In this document: positions 7,621 through 17,705 of the stretch, one piece after another
Layout of the letters: each line of letters begins with the position of its first letter
Position numbering within the stretch: the stretch's first letter is position 1
Assembly: GCA_963803095.1 (NCBI GenBank)
Contig: CAWDLQ010000010.1
Coordinates: 500,890 to 564,889, forward strand
From: an uncultured Acidobacteriaceae bacterium
GTDB taxonomy: Bacteria; Acidobacteriota; Terriglobia; Terriglobales; Acidobacteriaceae
Direction: 5' to 3'
Length of the DNA stretch: 64,000 bases
Program-made: the position numbers and the translations under genes
Notes under the pieces: model-generated
Databases searched by the model: none
Told to the model about the DNA's origin: nothing
What the model saw: the letters and a program-made list of their open reading frames with translations, nothing else

Positions 7621-10023
7621 CTAACGCGGTGTCCATTGCGGATGACTGGTGAACAGCCCTCCCAAAAAACCTAGCTGGTAGACGAGAAAGAATCCGAAGC
7701 AAACACTCACTACACCTGATGCAACACTGAAGACGCGGCTGATGCCGGTGAAGCGGCTGCCCGCATAGGCCAGCGGCAGCGCCATCACCGAAGTCATGCA
7801 CATCATGCCCACCATGGTGCCCGCGCCAAAGATCAACAGGTATACGGTCGCCCACACCGGACTGTGGATCGTAGACAGAACCAGCAACGCAACTGCGGCT
7901 GATCCGGCCAGGCCATGAACAATACCAATGACCAGCGGCCGCACACATTGATAGATGCCGAAGCGGCCAACGGTGCGGTCGAGCAGCGTCTCCGCTTTGC
8001 TGCTGATGGTTGCGGGTTTGCGGTTTCGAGTCAGACACGAAGTAATGCGCTGCATCACCCCGGTGAGATTCAGTACTCCCAGCAGGATCAGCATCAGCGC
8101 CACACTGAACTCCATGGAGAGCCCGAGACGCGGCGGGATCACCACCCCGAAGAGGATGATCATGCTTCCGACGGCAAAGATGGTCAGCGTGTGACCGAGT
8201 CCCCATATGGTGCCGATCAAGCTTGCCTGGCGAATACTCCTCTGCTTACTTACGATCGTAGAAACCGCCACCACATGGTCGGGGTCGGTGGAGTGGCGCA
8301 TTCCCAGCAACAGCCCCAGGCCACCCACAAAGAGAAAGGGGCCAAGCTTTTCTTTGCTCAGGTTGTGGACCCCAATGCCGGTGGTGAGAAAGGCGCGCAC
8401 TGCGATGCCGGCCCCAAGAACGGTCATGAACCCCGCGGAGGCTACCGGCAGCCAGCGCGTGGTCAGCGGCCCGTCCACTCGCAGACGAGTCATAAAGCGG
8501 CGCCCATACACCATGAGCATGCCGAAGGTGATCAGCACGGCAGCGAGGCCAAGACTAAACGCAATGATGAGGAAGAAGCCCAGACCGATGCGGTGCAGCG
8601 CGAAGGCGCTCAACAGTACCACCAGCGCCGCCGGGCACGGGATGATGCCGCCGGTAATCCCCAGGGCGAAAAGCTGGTACAGCGAAACGGTCTTGTGCGG
8701 CTCTACGGTTCCAACGGCAGGCTGTTTGCTGGACGAAAACCAGTGGCTATGGGACTGACCCGAAGTATGGGAGTGGTCCAGATCGAGACCGCTCCAGCGG
8801 CGGAGGAACATGTACCCACCAAGCCCGGCAATCGTCAGGCCGGAGAATACGCCCAGCCAGGGGTAGAGCTGCTCGGGCACGATGTATCGCGAGGCATACA
8901 GGGTGATGGCGCCAAGAGCAAACACTCCCGCTGTATGCGAGGCGGTCACGATGAGACCGAGGAGCATGGCATGTCGCGCCGTGCCCCGCGAGCCAACCAG
9001 GTAGGCCGCTACGATCGTCTTGCCGTGGCCAGGTTCAAGCGCGTGCAGCGCGCCCAGCCCGAACGCAATGAAGGCCGCCGTGATGAGGAACCATAGACTC
9101 AGGCTGCGGGTAGTGATCAGTTCGGTGAACGCGCTGCGCGGGGTTGCCTGCTGGTTGGCCTGCAAGTGCAAAGGCGCCACGGCGGGAGCCTGAGTGGGTG
9201 CGGGCGTAGGGCTACTGGAAGCATGGCCGGCTGGTTTTACGACTGGGACAACATGCCTTGCGTGCGAGGAAGCCACCGTGGCGGCAGCAGTTCGCGAAGG
9301 GGGCGCGATCGGATAACGAAACTGAATGGTTGCCGACAAATCCTGGGGCGGGCTGTTAAGCAGGTCGGTGGGATAGTTCCTGAGCCCTGCGCTGCGGTCG
9401 TCTTGCGGTACTGAGCTGCGGACGAAGTTCGCAGCTGGATTAGCAACGGCAACAATCTCTTTCCATCCCGCATGCCCGGGGTAGTTATTGTCGACAAACT
9501 CCAGACTGCCGGAAGCCGCAGCTACGCCTGCGCCCAGCACCCGACTCCCAATGGAAGCACCGCCCTCCCCTTTGTCATCCCGACCGGAGCGTAGCGCAGC
9601 GGAGGGATCTGCAGTTTTCTCAACCGCCGGATAAGCCGCCTGGTAGACAAAACCCATCTTCATCGTAGGCAAACCGCCAGCGCCCGGAGGAAAGATCACC
9701 TGGCTGGATAAAAGCCGCAGCGGCAAGCGCTTCCCATCGATGATCAGGCTAAGGCCGCGTCCCAATTCCACTCCCCGCGATGCAACATAGTGCGTGACCG
9801 CAGGGTCTGTCACATCGGCTGTGACATTGCCCTGCTGCAACTCCTGGTAGGTCGGGATCTCAGCCAGGTCGATGATGTACGAAACCCTGATGCCATCCTG
9901 CTCGAGCGAGATTTTCGAGTAGTGATTCACGCTGAAGTTGCCCATGGGATGAGCAAAGCTGCGCGGCCCAAGCAACAGGGCAGCGGTCATCAAAATAAAA
10001 AGGCAGAGTTGCTTACGGAACAT
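7621..10023 (-). CDS. Tripartite nickel/cobalt-transporter-like permease: exported N-terminal domain + RcnA/NicO-like module + NiCoT/UreH-like module
   Basis: 800 aa. The signal peptide has a predicted cleavage at SFA|HPMGNFSVNHY. The middle module has 'HALEPGHGKT' plus a His-rich loop 'DLDHSHTSGQSHSHW'. The C-terminal module has 'RHSTDPDHV' (NiCoT HX4DH signature) and multiple TM helices. Confidence 0.8.
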   Translation of the reverse strand: MFRKQLCLFILMTAALLLGPRSFAHPMGNFSVNHYSKISLEQDGIRVSYIIDLAEIPTYQELQQGNVTADVTDPAVTHYVASRGVELGRGLSLIIDGKRLPLRLLSSQVIFPPGAGGLPTMKMGFVYQAAYPAVEKTADPSAALRSGRDDKGEGGASIGSRVLGAGVAAASGSLEFVDNNYPGHAGWKEIVAVANPAANFVRSSVPQDDRSAGLRNYPTDLLNSPPQDLSATIQFRYPIAPPSRTAAATVASSHARHVVPVVKPAGHASSSPTPAPTQAPAVAPLHLQANQQATPRSAFTELITTRSLSLWFLITAAFIAFGLGALHALEPGHGKTIVAAYLVGSRGTARHAMLLGLIVTASHTAGVFALGAITLYASRYIVPEQLYPWLGVFSGLTIAGLGGYMFLRRWSGLDLDHSHTSGQSHSHWFSSSKQPAVGTVEPHKTVSLYQLFALGITGGIIPCPAALVVLLSAFALHRIGLGFFLIIAFSLGLAAVLITFGMLMVYGRRFMTRLRVDGPLTTRWLPVASAGFMTVLGAGIAVRAFLTTGIGVHNLSKEKLGPFLFVGGLGLLLGMRHSTDPDHVVAVSTIVSKQRSIRQASLIGTIWGLGHTLTIFAVGSMIILFGVVIPPRLGLSMEFSVALMLILLGVLNLTGVMQRITSCLTRNRKPATISSKAETLLDRTVGRFGIYQCVRPLVIGIVHGLAGSAAVALLVLSTIHSPVWATVYLLIFGAGTMVGMMCMTSVMALPLAYAGSRFTGISRVFSVASGVVSVCFGFFLVYQLGFLGGLFTSHPQWTPR
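9550..9616. repeat. Copy of the GTCATCCCGA...GAGGGATCTGCAG repeat family embedded in-frame inside the permease CDS
   Basis: 'AATGGAAGCACCGCCCTCCCCTTTGTCATCCCGACCGGAGCGTAGCGCAGCGGAGGGATCTGCAGTT' matches the intergenic copies at 48.5-48.9 kb and 56.3-56.4 kb. On the minus strand it is translated as '...ADPSAALRSGRDDKGEGGASIG...'. Confidence 0.8.
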
Positions 10024-11384
10024 GAGTCTGTCCTTGGCTCGCGGTAAGTCCAGCCTGGTCTTCGAGCACCTTCAGCTGTTGCCTGGCTGTGCCCGCATAA
10101 ATCACGTGAAACTGGGGGTTGATGCGGAGCGCCGTCTGCAGCCTCTCTTTAGCCTGGGTCATCTGGCCCAACCGGCTGGCAATCATGCCGGCGTGAAAAA
10201 ACAACAGAGCATCCCGGGCGCCGGGGTGCAGCGCATGGTCGATAGCATCACTCGCTTCCTGGTATTTGCCATTCTTGTATAAGGCCCACGCAAGTGCATC
10301 CCAGGTGTAAATATCGTGGCGAACTTCGAACTCCTTATGGGCCAGCACCAGCGATTCGTCCAGCTTGAGATCGTGATCCGCGTAAAAGAGCGCCAGATCG
10401 CGATTATGCAAAACCTGGTTGATATGACCCAGCAGCCCGATGTATTCGACCAGCTGATACTGCTTCCTGGCTTCCGCGAGGTTGCCGGCCTTGGTGTAGA
10501 TGTCTCCCAATTCCGCCACGTAAATGGGCATGGGCACGACAGCGATGGCGCTCTGGTAAAGCTTGATCGCTTCCGCGTAGCGCCCGTAGTTTCCGCGAAG
10601 CTTTCCCAGCCCGGCCAGAGCACGATAATCGCCAGGATGGATGTTGAGGGCGGCTACATAGGCTGTATCTGCGGAAGCGGAGTCACCAGCCTTCGTATAG
10701 TACTCTCCCAACTCGTAGTACAACCATGCAAGGTTTTCACTCGGAAGTTGAGCTTCGACTCCCTCCGTGACTGCTGTCTTCATGAGGTTGATCGCCCCGG
10801 CACTGTCACCGGCGATGAATTTGAGATAGGAGATCCTGCTGTCTCGCGCATACGCGGCGCGCGGAGAAAGCGTCATGTCACGAGGTGTCAATCGGCCGTA
10901 TGCGACGCCAGCTTTGTCATACTCGCCCATATCCGCGTAGGCGTCGCCGACGATGGCGAAAGACGAGATGTCGCCCGTTCCGAGTGACAGTGCTTTCTGC
11001 GCATAGGTGAGCGCGTCGGCAAACCGGTGCTCGCCCATGCAGACCTCCGCCATCGTTTCTAAGGCTGTGTCTGCTGAAAAGTCCGACTGAAACAAGATCG
11101 AGCGACTTGGTAAGGGATTGCTCGGCGAGTTGAAAGTCACTTACGTCGCCCGTCTCCCGGGCGCGCTGGAAATACGCGGCGCCCAAGCCCGCATATCCTG
11201 CGGCGTCATTCGGATTCCGAGCCACAGTAACCTGGGCGCTACGTATGAGGTGACCGGTGCCGGTCGGGTGAGGCGTGAGCAAAGCCTCCGGAACTGGTGC
11301 GAAGACCAGAGCAGCGGTCGTCGTTCCAACGCCGGCGGACGCCGCACTGTGATTCGGCTGATCCGAAGCGGTGCAAAGACTCAT
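10013..11384 (-). pseudogene. Tetratricopeptide repeat protein (paralogue 1), one apparent frameshift near 11.10 kb
   Basis: ORF 10013..11140 carries the TPR-rich C-terminal 375 aa. The N-terminal part ('...IRSAQVTVARNPNDAAGYAGLGAAYFQRARETGDVSDFQLAEQSLTKSL') lies in the frame of ORF 10917..11702. The start (ATG 11384) is uncertain. The stop overlaps the permease start by 11 nt. Confidence 0.65.
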
Positions 11385-11509
11385 GGGATACAGCGGCCTG
11401 CAACAGCGCCGGAACAGGTACGGTCTGAGGAACCTTCTGCGCGTGGTCATCCGCGACCGCCCCGAGACTTGCAGAGCTGAGAGCATCGGCAGCGTATTCA
11501 GACCCAGGG

Positions 11510-12755
11510 TTAGACTTGGATAGCAAGGTGGAAGTACTTGGTGGCGTCTGCACTGTGGTTCAGTTTCTGCGCGATGTGGCCCGCGTGATCGAAGATCTGG
11601 GCGCTTTGAATTCCAACCGCAAGGGCCCTCTGCACCGCGGCGTCCGCGTCCTGGAACTTCGCATTGGAGTAGAGAGCCCAGGCGTATGCATCCAGCGTCC
11701 ACACATCCTGCCGCGCTGCAATCTCCTGCTTCGCAAGTTTCAGCGCATCAGGCGCGGTGGCAGGGCTTCCGGCATACATCGAAATGAGGTCGAGTCTCGA
11801 CTCGTCGGATGCTCTTCCGGGTTCGCTTGCCAGCTTCTCGAACTCCGCATACGTGGCGCGAGCTCCTTGGACTGTCCTGCCGCCTTTTGCGCTCTTGCCA
11901 ACTCATAGAGAACGTGCGGATCGTTATCGATCGATGTAGCCTGCTTCCAAAGTTGCAGCGCATCATTCGCTCGATTCTGGCCCATGCGAACGCGCGCCAG
12001 ATTTTCAATCGTGTATGGATAGTGCGGAAAGAGTTGCTCGGCCTGTTCCAGAGTCTGCGCGGCGGCATCATTCTGTCCCGATTCGATCTTGAATCGACGC
12101 GATTTGGTTGGCGATCCACGCAAGGTCTTCCACCTCAGTCGGGGAGGTCTCCGAATATGCCAGGTTCAGAAAATCGATTGCGCCATGCGTATCACCGTAC
12201 AACGTCCGCAGCTTGGCTCCGATCAACGAGTCCCGGAATGTTGTTGGGCCGCATATTCAGCATCCACTGCGCATTTCTCTCTGCTTCTGGATAGTTGCCG
12301 AGCGCGATGTCTGCCTCAGCAAGATACCCGTAGGTCATCACATCGTCAGGCGTGCGGTGATTGAGCGCAGTAGCTCGTTCCCTCGCCTGCGCATATTCAT
12401 GTCTGCTCAACATCAGTGCTACCTGAGTTCTCTGCAACTGGAAGTTTGACGGGTCCAGGCCCAGGCCTTGAACAAGAGCGGCGTCTGCGTCCTTCAAGTA
12501 GCTGGGATCGGCGGTCTCGCGGGCCCGTGTCAGGAAAGCAATCGCCAACTCGTTATAGGCCTGAACCTTCTTCGGATCTGCCCTGAGTTGCTGCTTCGCT
12601 GACGCGATGCGCGACTGTGCGGGAGTGGCGCTCTGAATGGCAGCCGCGCTGGACACACCGGGCTGATCCGTCCCAGGCAGTACGGTTTGTTGGGCGAGCC
12701 CCGCAGTGGAGATGAGCGCAGTAAGAATACAAAATGTTGCGTAGGGAGATTTCAT
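11510..12755 (-). pseudogene. Tetratricopeptide repeat protein (paralogue 2) with a signal peptide, at least 2 apparent frameshifts
   Basis: Fragments 12192..12755 (signal peptide 'MKSPYATFCILTALISTAGLAQQ'), 11740..12123 and 11510..11779 read as one TPR protein. It parallels the paralogue downstream (e.g. 'AFLTRARETADPSYL' versus 'AYFQRARETGDVSDF'). Confidence 0.65.
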
Positions 12756-12850
12756 AAAGAACCTATTCGCGAGAGTTCCTGAGAATGGTCCTCGCGCGGA
12801 GATACATTCCGCGCGGAGGACCGGGTTAGTATCGAACGATCGTACGGCCG

Positions 12851-14480
12851 TTAGTCGACCGGACAGGGCGAAGGTCCACCCTGATTTGCTGGTGGCGCAT
12901 CCGAGTTCTGCATGCTGGAGGAGGTTGGCTGATCCCCGCAGCCCGTAGGATCGCCCGGGCTGATATGGCGGCTGTTTCGTCCACTGTATGCAAAGTGAAC
13001 ATACGGGAACGTCTCTTGCGGAGGAACGTCGGGAGCGTTGACGCCATCGCCGAGCAGGTTGTTCGGCGCAACATTGAAGCCGGGATTCAAAATGCCACCA
13101 ACGCCCACCCGCTCGACAATATCAACGACATCATCCGTGAGACGGCGTCCATTTGGGAATCCCGCAGGATCGCCGGCGATCAGACCCAGCCGCTTGCGCT
13201 GCGCCTTCGGAGTAGGAGGCACACCAGTGTTGAGCCGCATTAAGTCAGCAATCGGCCCGGCTGGAGTACCTTTCGGAGCTATCGGTGGGGCATACGTCAC
13301 CAGCGGCAGAAGATCGGTTCGCGGTGGAGTGGGGATGTTGAACCCGTACACGGCGTTGAACACTCTCGCAATGAGGGGATCAAGATCGAACGAAGCGAAC
13401 TGCATGTCTTTCACTGGCTCTGACATGCTCCAGAAGTCCTTGCTTCCTGTACCGATGATCAGTTCGTTGATCAGTGGATTGCCAAAGCGTTGTATCTGAG
13501 CCAGGCGGCCAAAGTTTTGGGCGGGGTTTGGGGATCTGCGAATGGTGATTTCTGTTCTGGAAGTTGTCGCCCAGGTGCCGATCGTTCCTTTCGGATCAGT
13601 GGCGGCGTGGAGGGCTCCGTCGCTGGTCAGAAGTTTAATCGGCACCTCGATCGCGATGGTGTTGACGTTGAATCCGGCAACCGAATTCGGCGCCGAATTG
13701 AGCTGGTCGTCAGCGTCCTGTTCAGGAGTTAGAGCTTCAACGCCGGTGCCGGCGCGGTAGTTGAGACTGTCAAAGGTTGCGCCCAGATCAATGAAGAAAG
13801 GATCTGCGGCTGTGCCTGCGAAAACGCGAATATTGGAAGCGCCATCCCGTCCTTGCAGGCCATAAATGCCCTGCGTCGCCAGGGCATCGTAATCCGGCAT
13901 AGTGCGCGGACCAACGTTGCTTGGTACAGCGATCAGCGGACTGCCGGTTGTGTTCGTCAAAGCGATGTCGCGATCGCCCTTGATCATGTTCACGGTAGAA
14001 CGTCTGCTGCAGGCTCAGGCCTGCAGCCCCGTCGCCGGTCAGAGAAGTGATCGCGGGGGGAACAATCGGCGTACCAGGTTTGATGGGCGCTGGCGAGTTT
14101 GCCGGCGCGTTAACTCCGTTGCCCGCTCCGGCGTAGCCCACTGGGAGCCCGGCATCGAGAATGTGAGTCTGGAAGCGGAACTGAAAGATGACATCTGCCC
14201 GCGCATCATGATCGTTGTCGATTTTGATCTGATACACAATCGATGGGTCGAACGGAAAATAGTTCGGCCCATTGCTGGGTTGAAGAAATGGGTCGACGTT
14301 CAGGATAAAGGTGACGCGATCTGGATGATCGTAGCTGACAAACGCATAGAAATCGGTGATATCAGCGGTGTGATCCAGTGCGGTGATTGGTGCTTCCCGA
14401 TGGCTCGATGCAAACACCCCGGGCGGCATAGCTATCAGCAGACTCAATGCGAGTCCGGCTGCGGACTTCAGTTTTGACAT
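12851..14480 (-). pseudogene. DUF4331 domain-containing exported protein, one apparent 1-nt frameshift near 13.99 kb
   Basis: Fragments 13788..14480 and 12851..13993. The N-terminus 'MSKLKSAAGLALSLLIAMPPGVFA|SSHREAPITALDHTADITDFYAF' is the hallmark start of DUF4331. The frames join at '...QQTF(T)VNMIKGDRDIAL'. Confidence 0.75.
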
Positions 14481-14743
14481 ACGGCTCTCCTTTAATAACT
14501 TTTCTCCGATTAGCGCAAGACTCGATCGGGCGGGTCGGGACTCGTAGAACGATTTGCACCGTCGGTACTGAAGTTACGCGCACGGGATCAAACTGGATGG
14601 CACCAGTTAATGTCTTTTGCCATGCCGTTGTTCCCGGGCGTTCATAAAACACAACCAATTGTTCATGGCACGGTGGGCGGGATTACGTTCATCGTCCCGT
14701 TACAATTGAGGGGTAGGCCGCCCGTTGCCCGCATAAGGAGAAC

Positions 14744-16879
14744 ATGAGGCCAGGAATTCATTACGTCATCACCGCTGCGGCCGGAGCGATCGCGCTGGCA
14801 TCGAGCGCCGCAGCCGCCGCTGCGGCCAGTGTGGGCTTCGGCCCCGGGAATCCGTTTTATGCGCCAAGCACCCTACCGTTTCAGGCTCCCCCTTTCGACA
14901 AGATTCAAGACAGCGACTACCAGCCGGCCATCGAAGCCGGCATGGCGCAACAGCTGACGGAAGTACGGGCGATCGCCGACAACCCCGATCAGCCAACGTT
15001 CGCGAACACCATCGTCGCGCTCGAGAAGAGCGGCCGCCTGCTGGATCGTGTGACGTCGGTCTTCGACGCGGTGACCAGTGCGAACACCGACCCCGATCTA
15101 CAAAAAGTGCAGCAGATCGAAGCTCCCAAACTGGCCGCGCACAACGACGCGATCTATCTGGATACCACGCTCTACCATCGCGTGGAAGCGCTCTATAACC
15201 AACGCGACGCGCTCAAGCTGGATGCCGAATCGTTGCGCCTGGTTGAGTACTATCACCGTGAGTTCGTGCATGCCGGGGCCAACCTCTCCGATGCCGACAA
15301 AACCGAACTCAAAAAGATGAATGAAGAGATATCGACTCTGGAGAACGATTTCAAGACCAAGCTGCTGGCCGCGACCCAGGCCGCTGCTTACTCTACACCG
15401 GACAAGGACAAGCTGGCGGGGTTGAGCGATGCTCAGTTAGCCGCGGCTGGGCAAGCTGCCAGGCAAAGAAAGCAGGAAGGCTGGGTGCTGCCTTTGCAGA
15501 ACACCACCCAGCAGCCCTCCCTTGCCGACCTGAGTGACCGCGCGACACGCCAGGAGTTGTTTGAGGACTCCTGGAATCGCGCCGAACGCGGGGGGCCGAA
15601 TGACACCCGCGCAACCATTTTGCGTTTAGCGCAGCTTCGTGCCAATAAAGCGAAGCTCCTCGGCTACCCGAATTTTGCCGCCTGGAAGCTGGAAGATCAA
15701 ATGGCCAAGACGCCGGAGGCAGCGATCCGGTTCATGGATGACCTGGTCCCGCCGGCCACGGCCAACGCAGCCGCCGAGGCCGGAGACATCCGGCACCTCA
15801 TGAAGGGCGAGGAATTGGAGCCGTGGGATTGGGACTACTACTCCAAGCAGGTGCGCAAGGCAAAGTTCGACATTGAAGATGCGCAGGTAAGGCCCTATTT
15901 CGAACTCAACAATGTACTCGAGAATGGTGTGTTCTATGCCGCCAACCAGCTCTACGGGCTAACCTTTAACGAGCGCAAGGACATTCCCGTTTATCACCCC
16001 GACGTGCGTGCCTTCGAGGTGATGGACGCGGATGGTAAGCCGTTGGCCCTGTTTTACTGCGACTACTTCAAGCGTGACAACAAGAATGGCGGGGCCTGGA
16101 TGAGCAACCTGGTCGGTCAGTCCAAGCTGCTGGGCACTCTTCCTGTGGTCTACAACGTGGGCAATTTCGCCAAACCCGCCGCAGGCCAACCGGCGCTCAT
16201 CAGCTTTTCCGATGCGACGACGATGTTTCATGAATTTGGTCATGCGCTGCACGGCATGTTCTCAGACGCGGAGTATCCGAGCCTCTCCGGCACCTCAGTT
16301 GCGCGCGACTTCGTCGAGTTCCCTTCCCAGTTCAACGAACACTGGGCCACCTATCCTGCGGTCTTCAATCACTATGCGCGGCATTATGAAACCGGCGCGC
16401 CTATGCCCGTCGCGTTGGCGGCCAAGCTGGTAAAGGCAAAAACGTTCAACCAGGGCTACGCGCTGACGGAAATCCTGGCCGCGGCGGAGCTTGATATGCA
16501 ATGGCACACTCTGCCCGCCGGAACCCACATCGAGAGCCCGGATGCATTTGAGAAGGAGGCGTTGACCAGGACGCATCTTTCCATCAGCTATGTGCCGCCG
16601 CGTTACCGCTCCAGTTACTTCTCCCACATCTTTTCCGGTGGTTATGCGGCAGGCTACTACGCGTATCTATGGAGCGAGATGCTCGATGACGATGCCTACC
16701 AGTGGTTCCTGGACCACGGCGGCCTCACGCGAGCCAACGGAGACCGTTTTCGCCGCATGGTCCTTTCGCGAGGCAACACCGAAGACCTGGCTGCGATGTA
16801 CAAGGCGTGGTTGGGAAGCGATCCCAGCATCAAACCGATGCTAAAGGAGCGCGGCCTGAAAGACCCCACAACCAATTGA
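14744..16879 (+). CDS. dcp: M3 family peptidyl-dipeptidase Dcp
   Basis: 711 aa with AAGGAG upstream and a signal-like N-terminus. It has the 'HEFGHALH' zinc motif, and the Dcp-like N-terminus reads 'NPFYAPSTLPFQAPPFDKIQDSDYQPAIEAGM'. Confidence 0.85.
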   Translation: MRPGIHYVITAAAGAIALASSAAAAAAASVGFGPGNPFYAPSTLPFQAPPFDKIQDSDYQPAIEAGMAQQLTEVRAIADNPDQPTFANTIVALEKSGRLLDRVTSVFDAVTSANTDPDLQKVQQIEAPKLAAHNDAIYLDTTLYHRVEALYNQRDALKLDAESLRLVEYYHREFVHAGANLSDADKTELKKMNEEISTLENDFKTKLLAATQAAAYSTPDKDKLAGLSDAQLAAAGQAARQRKQEGWVLPLQNTTQQPSLADLSDRATRQELFEDSWNRAERGGPNDTRATILRLAQLRANKAKLLGYPNFAAWKLEDQMAKTPEAAIRFMDDLVPPATANAAAEAGDIRHLMKGEELEPWDWDYYSKQVRKAKFDIEDAQVRPYFELNNVLENGVFYAANQLYGLTFNERKDIPVYHPDVRAFEVMDADGKPLALFYCDYFKRDNKNGGAWMSNLVGQSKLLGTLPVVYNVGNFAKPAAGQPALISFSDATTMFHEFGHALHGMFSDAEYPSLSGTSVARDFVEFPSQFNEHWATYPAVFNHYARHYETGAPMPVALAAKLVKAKTFNQGYALTEILAAAELDMQWHTLPAGTHIESPDAFEKEALTRTHLSISYVPPRYRSSYFSHIFSGGYAAGYYAYLWSEMLDDDAYQWFLDHGGLTRANGDRFRRMVLSRGNTEDLAAMYKAWLGSDPSIKPMLKERGLKDPTTN

Positions 16880-16924
16880 GCTGCGCCCATGCGCAACTGC
16901 GTGAACAGTAGAGCGCTTTACAAG

Positions 16925-17651
16925 CTGCGGAAAAAGTCGCCTCGGGTAGGTCCGGGCTTTTAGCCCGGACCTGGAGTTTCTACATAACCAGGGCGAAGCG
17001 GTTGATATTTCAACCAGAGAAGCTCCTTTGGATGCCGTGTTTTGGCTTTGTATTAGTTAGGGCACGACTTTAGTCGGGCCCTGATACAAACTGCGTTTTC
17101 GTAGGCTCTTCACCCGCACGCTTCCATGCCGCCGCTCCTGCGCCCTTCTCTTAAGCAAAGGCCGCATGATGGGGTCTGCAGTTCAGCGGGCCTCTCCGGC
17201 AAATGTTTTTCAAAGCGATTTGCTAACGTTCGCAAATAAGTCCTTTGTTTCATCAAGATGCTCAAGATGTTCAAATAAGTCCTTTGTTTCGTCAAGATGC
17301 TCAAGATGCTCAAGCAATTAATTTGATCATCTTGCCCATCATTGTGCTTGTACCGCGACAGCCCGAGTCCGATGCACACGATCATGCAGACGCATGACTG
17401 CGGCCCACTTTGGAGCGATTTGTTGCTTCCTGCTGTCAGGCTACAGGCGACCAGGACTGTCGTCCAGAGGGCTATCAAATAATGATGTGGATAAGCGGGA
17501 GGGGAACTCCGCCATCGGTCGAGGCTGAGGGTGACCGCTTCTGCTGGCCCTGCTTTTCAGACGCTCTCGGCACGCTTCGACTCAGAAAAATGTAGAAACT
17601 CGGTAGGTCCGGGCTAAAGCCCGGACCTACCGAGAGCGACTTTTTCCGCAG
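16925..17651. mobile_element. Non-coding MITE-like composite bounded by ~60-bp inverted repeats, with an internal 39-bp tandem duplication
   Basis: 16925-16984 ('CTGCGGAAAAAGTCGCCTCGGGTAGGTCCGGGCTTTTAGCCCGGACCTGGAGTTTCTACA') is close to the reverse complement of 17591-17651. The interior contains repeat modules shared with 48.9 kb and 25.99 kb. The unit 'CAAATAAGTCCTTTGTTTC.TCAAGATGCTCAAGATG' starts at 17233 and again at 17272. No convincing ORF. Confidence 0.6.
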
Positions 17652-17705
17652 ACTCTGTAGCCCCTGAGGGTCTTGTTTCTTATCAGAGGCCGGGGATGCG
17701 CGCTC

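Noticed and set aside
7915-9096. 393-aa plus-strand ORF (and 8207..8758, 7484..8206) overlapping the permease gene
   Set aside because: It is antisense to, or out of frame with, a well-supported 800-aa membrane protein. Its translation is low-complexity and rich in Arg, His, Gly and Gln, as expected from the reverse strand of a GC-rich hydrophobic gene.
14481-14743. Riboswitch (NiCo/czcD-type or cobalamin) in the leader of the DUF4331 operon
   Set aside because: I could not recognise a B12 box or any conserved riboswitch core by eye. I saw only a weak 6-bp stem and a TTCAT-N16-TTCAT repeat. A covariance-model scan (Rfam) would be needed, so I make no claim.
17487-17495. Perfect DnaA box TGTGGATAA inside the 17-kb repeat element
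   Set aside because: It is a single isolated 9-mer. There is no cluster, no AT-rich unwinding element and no dnaA or dnaN context, so it is compatible with chance.
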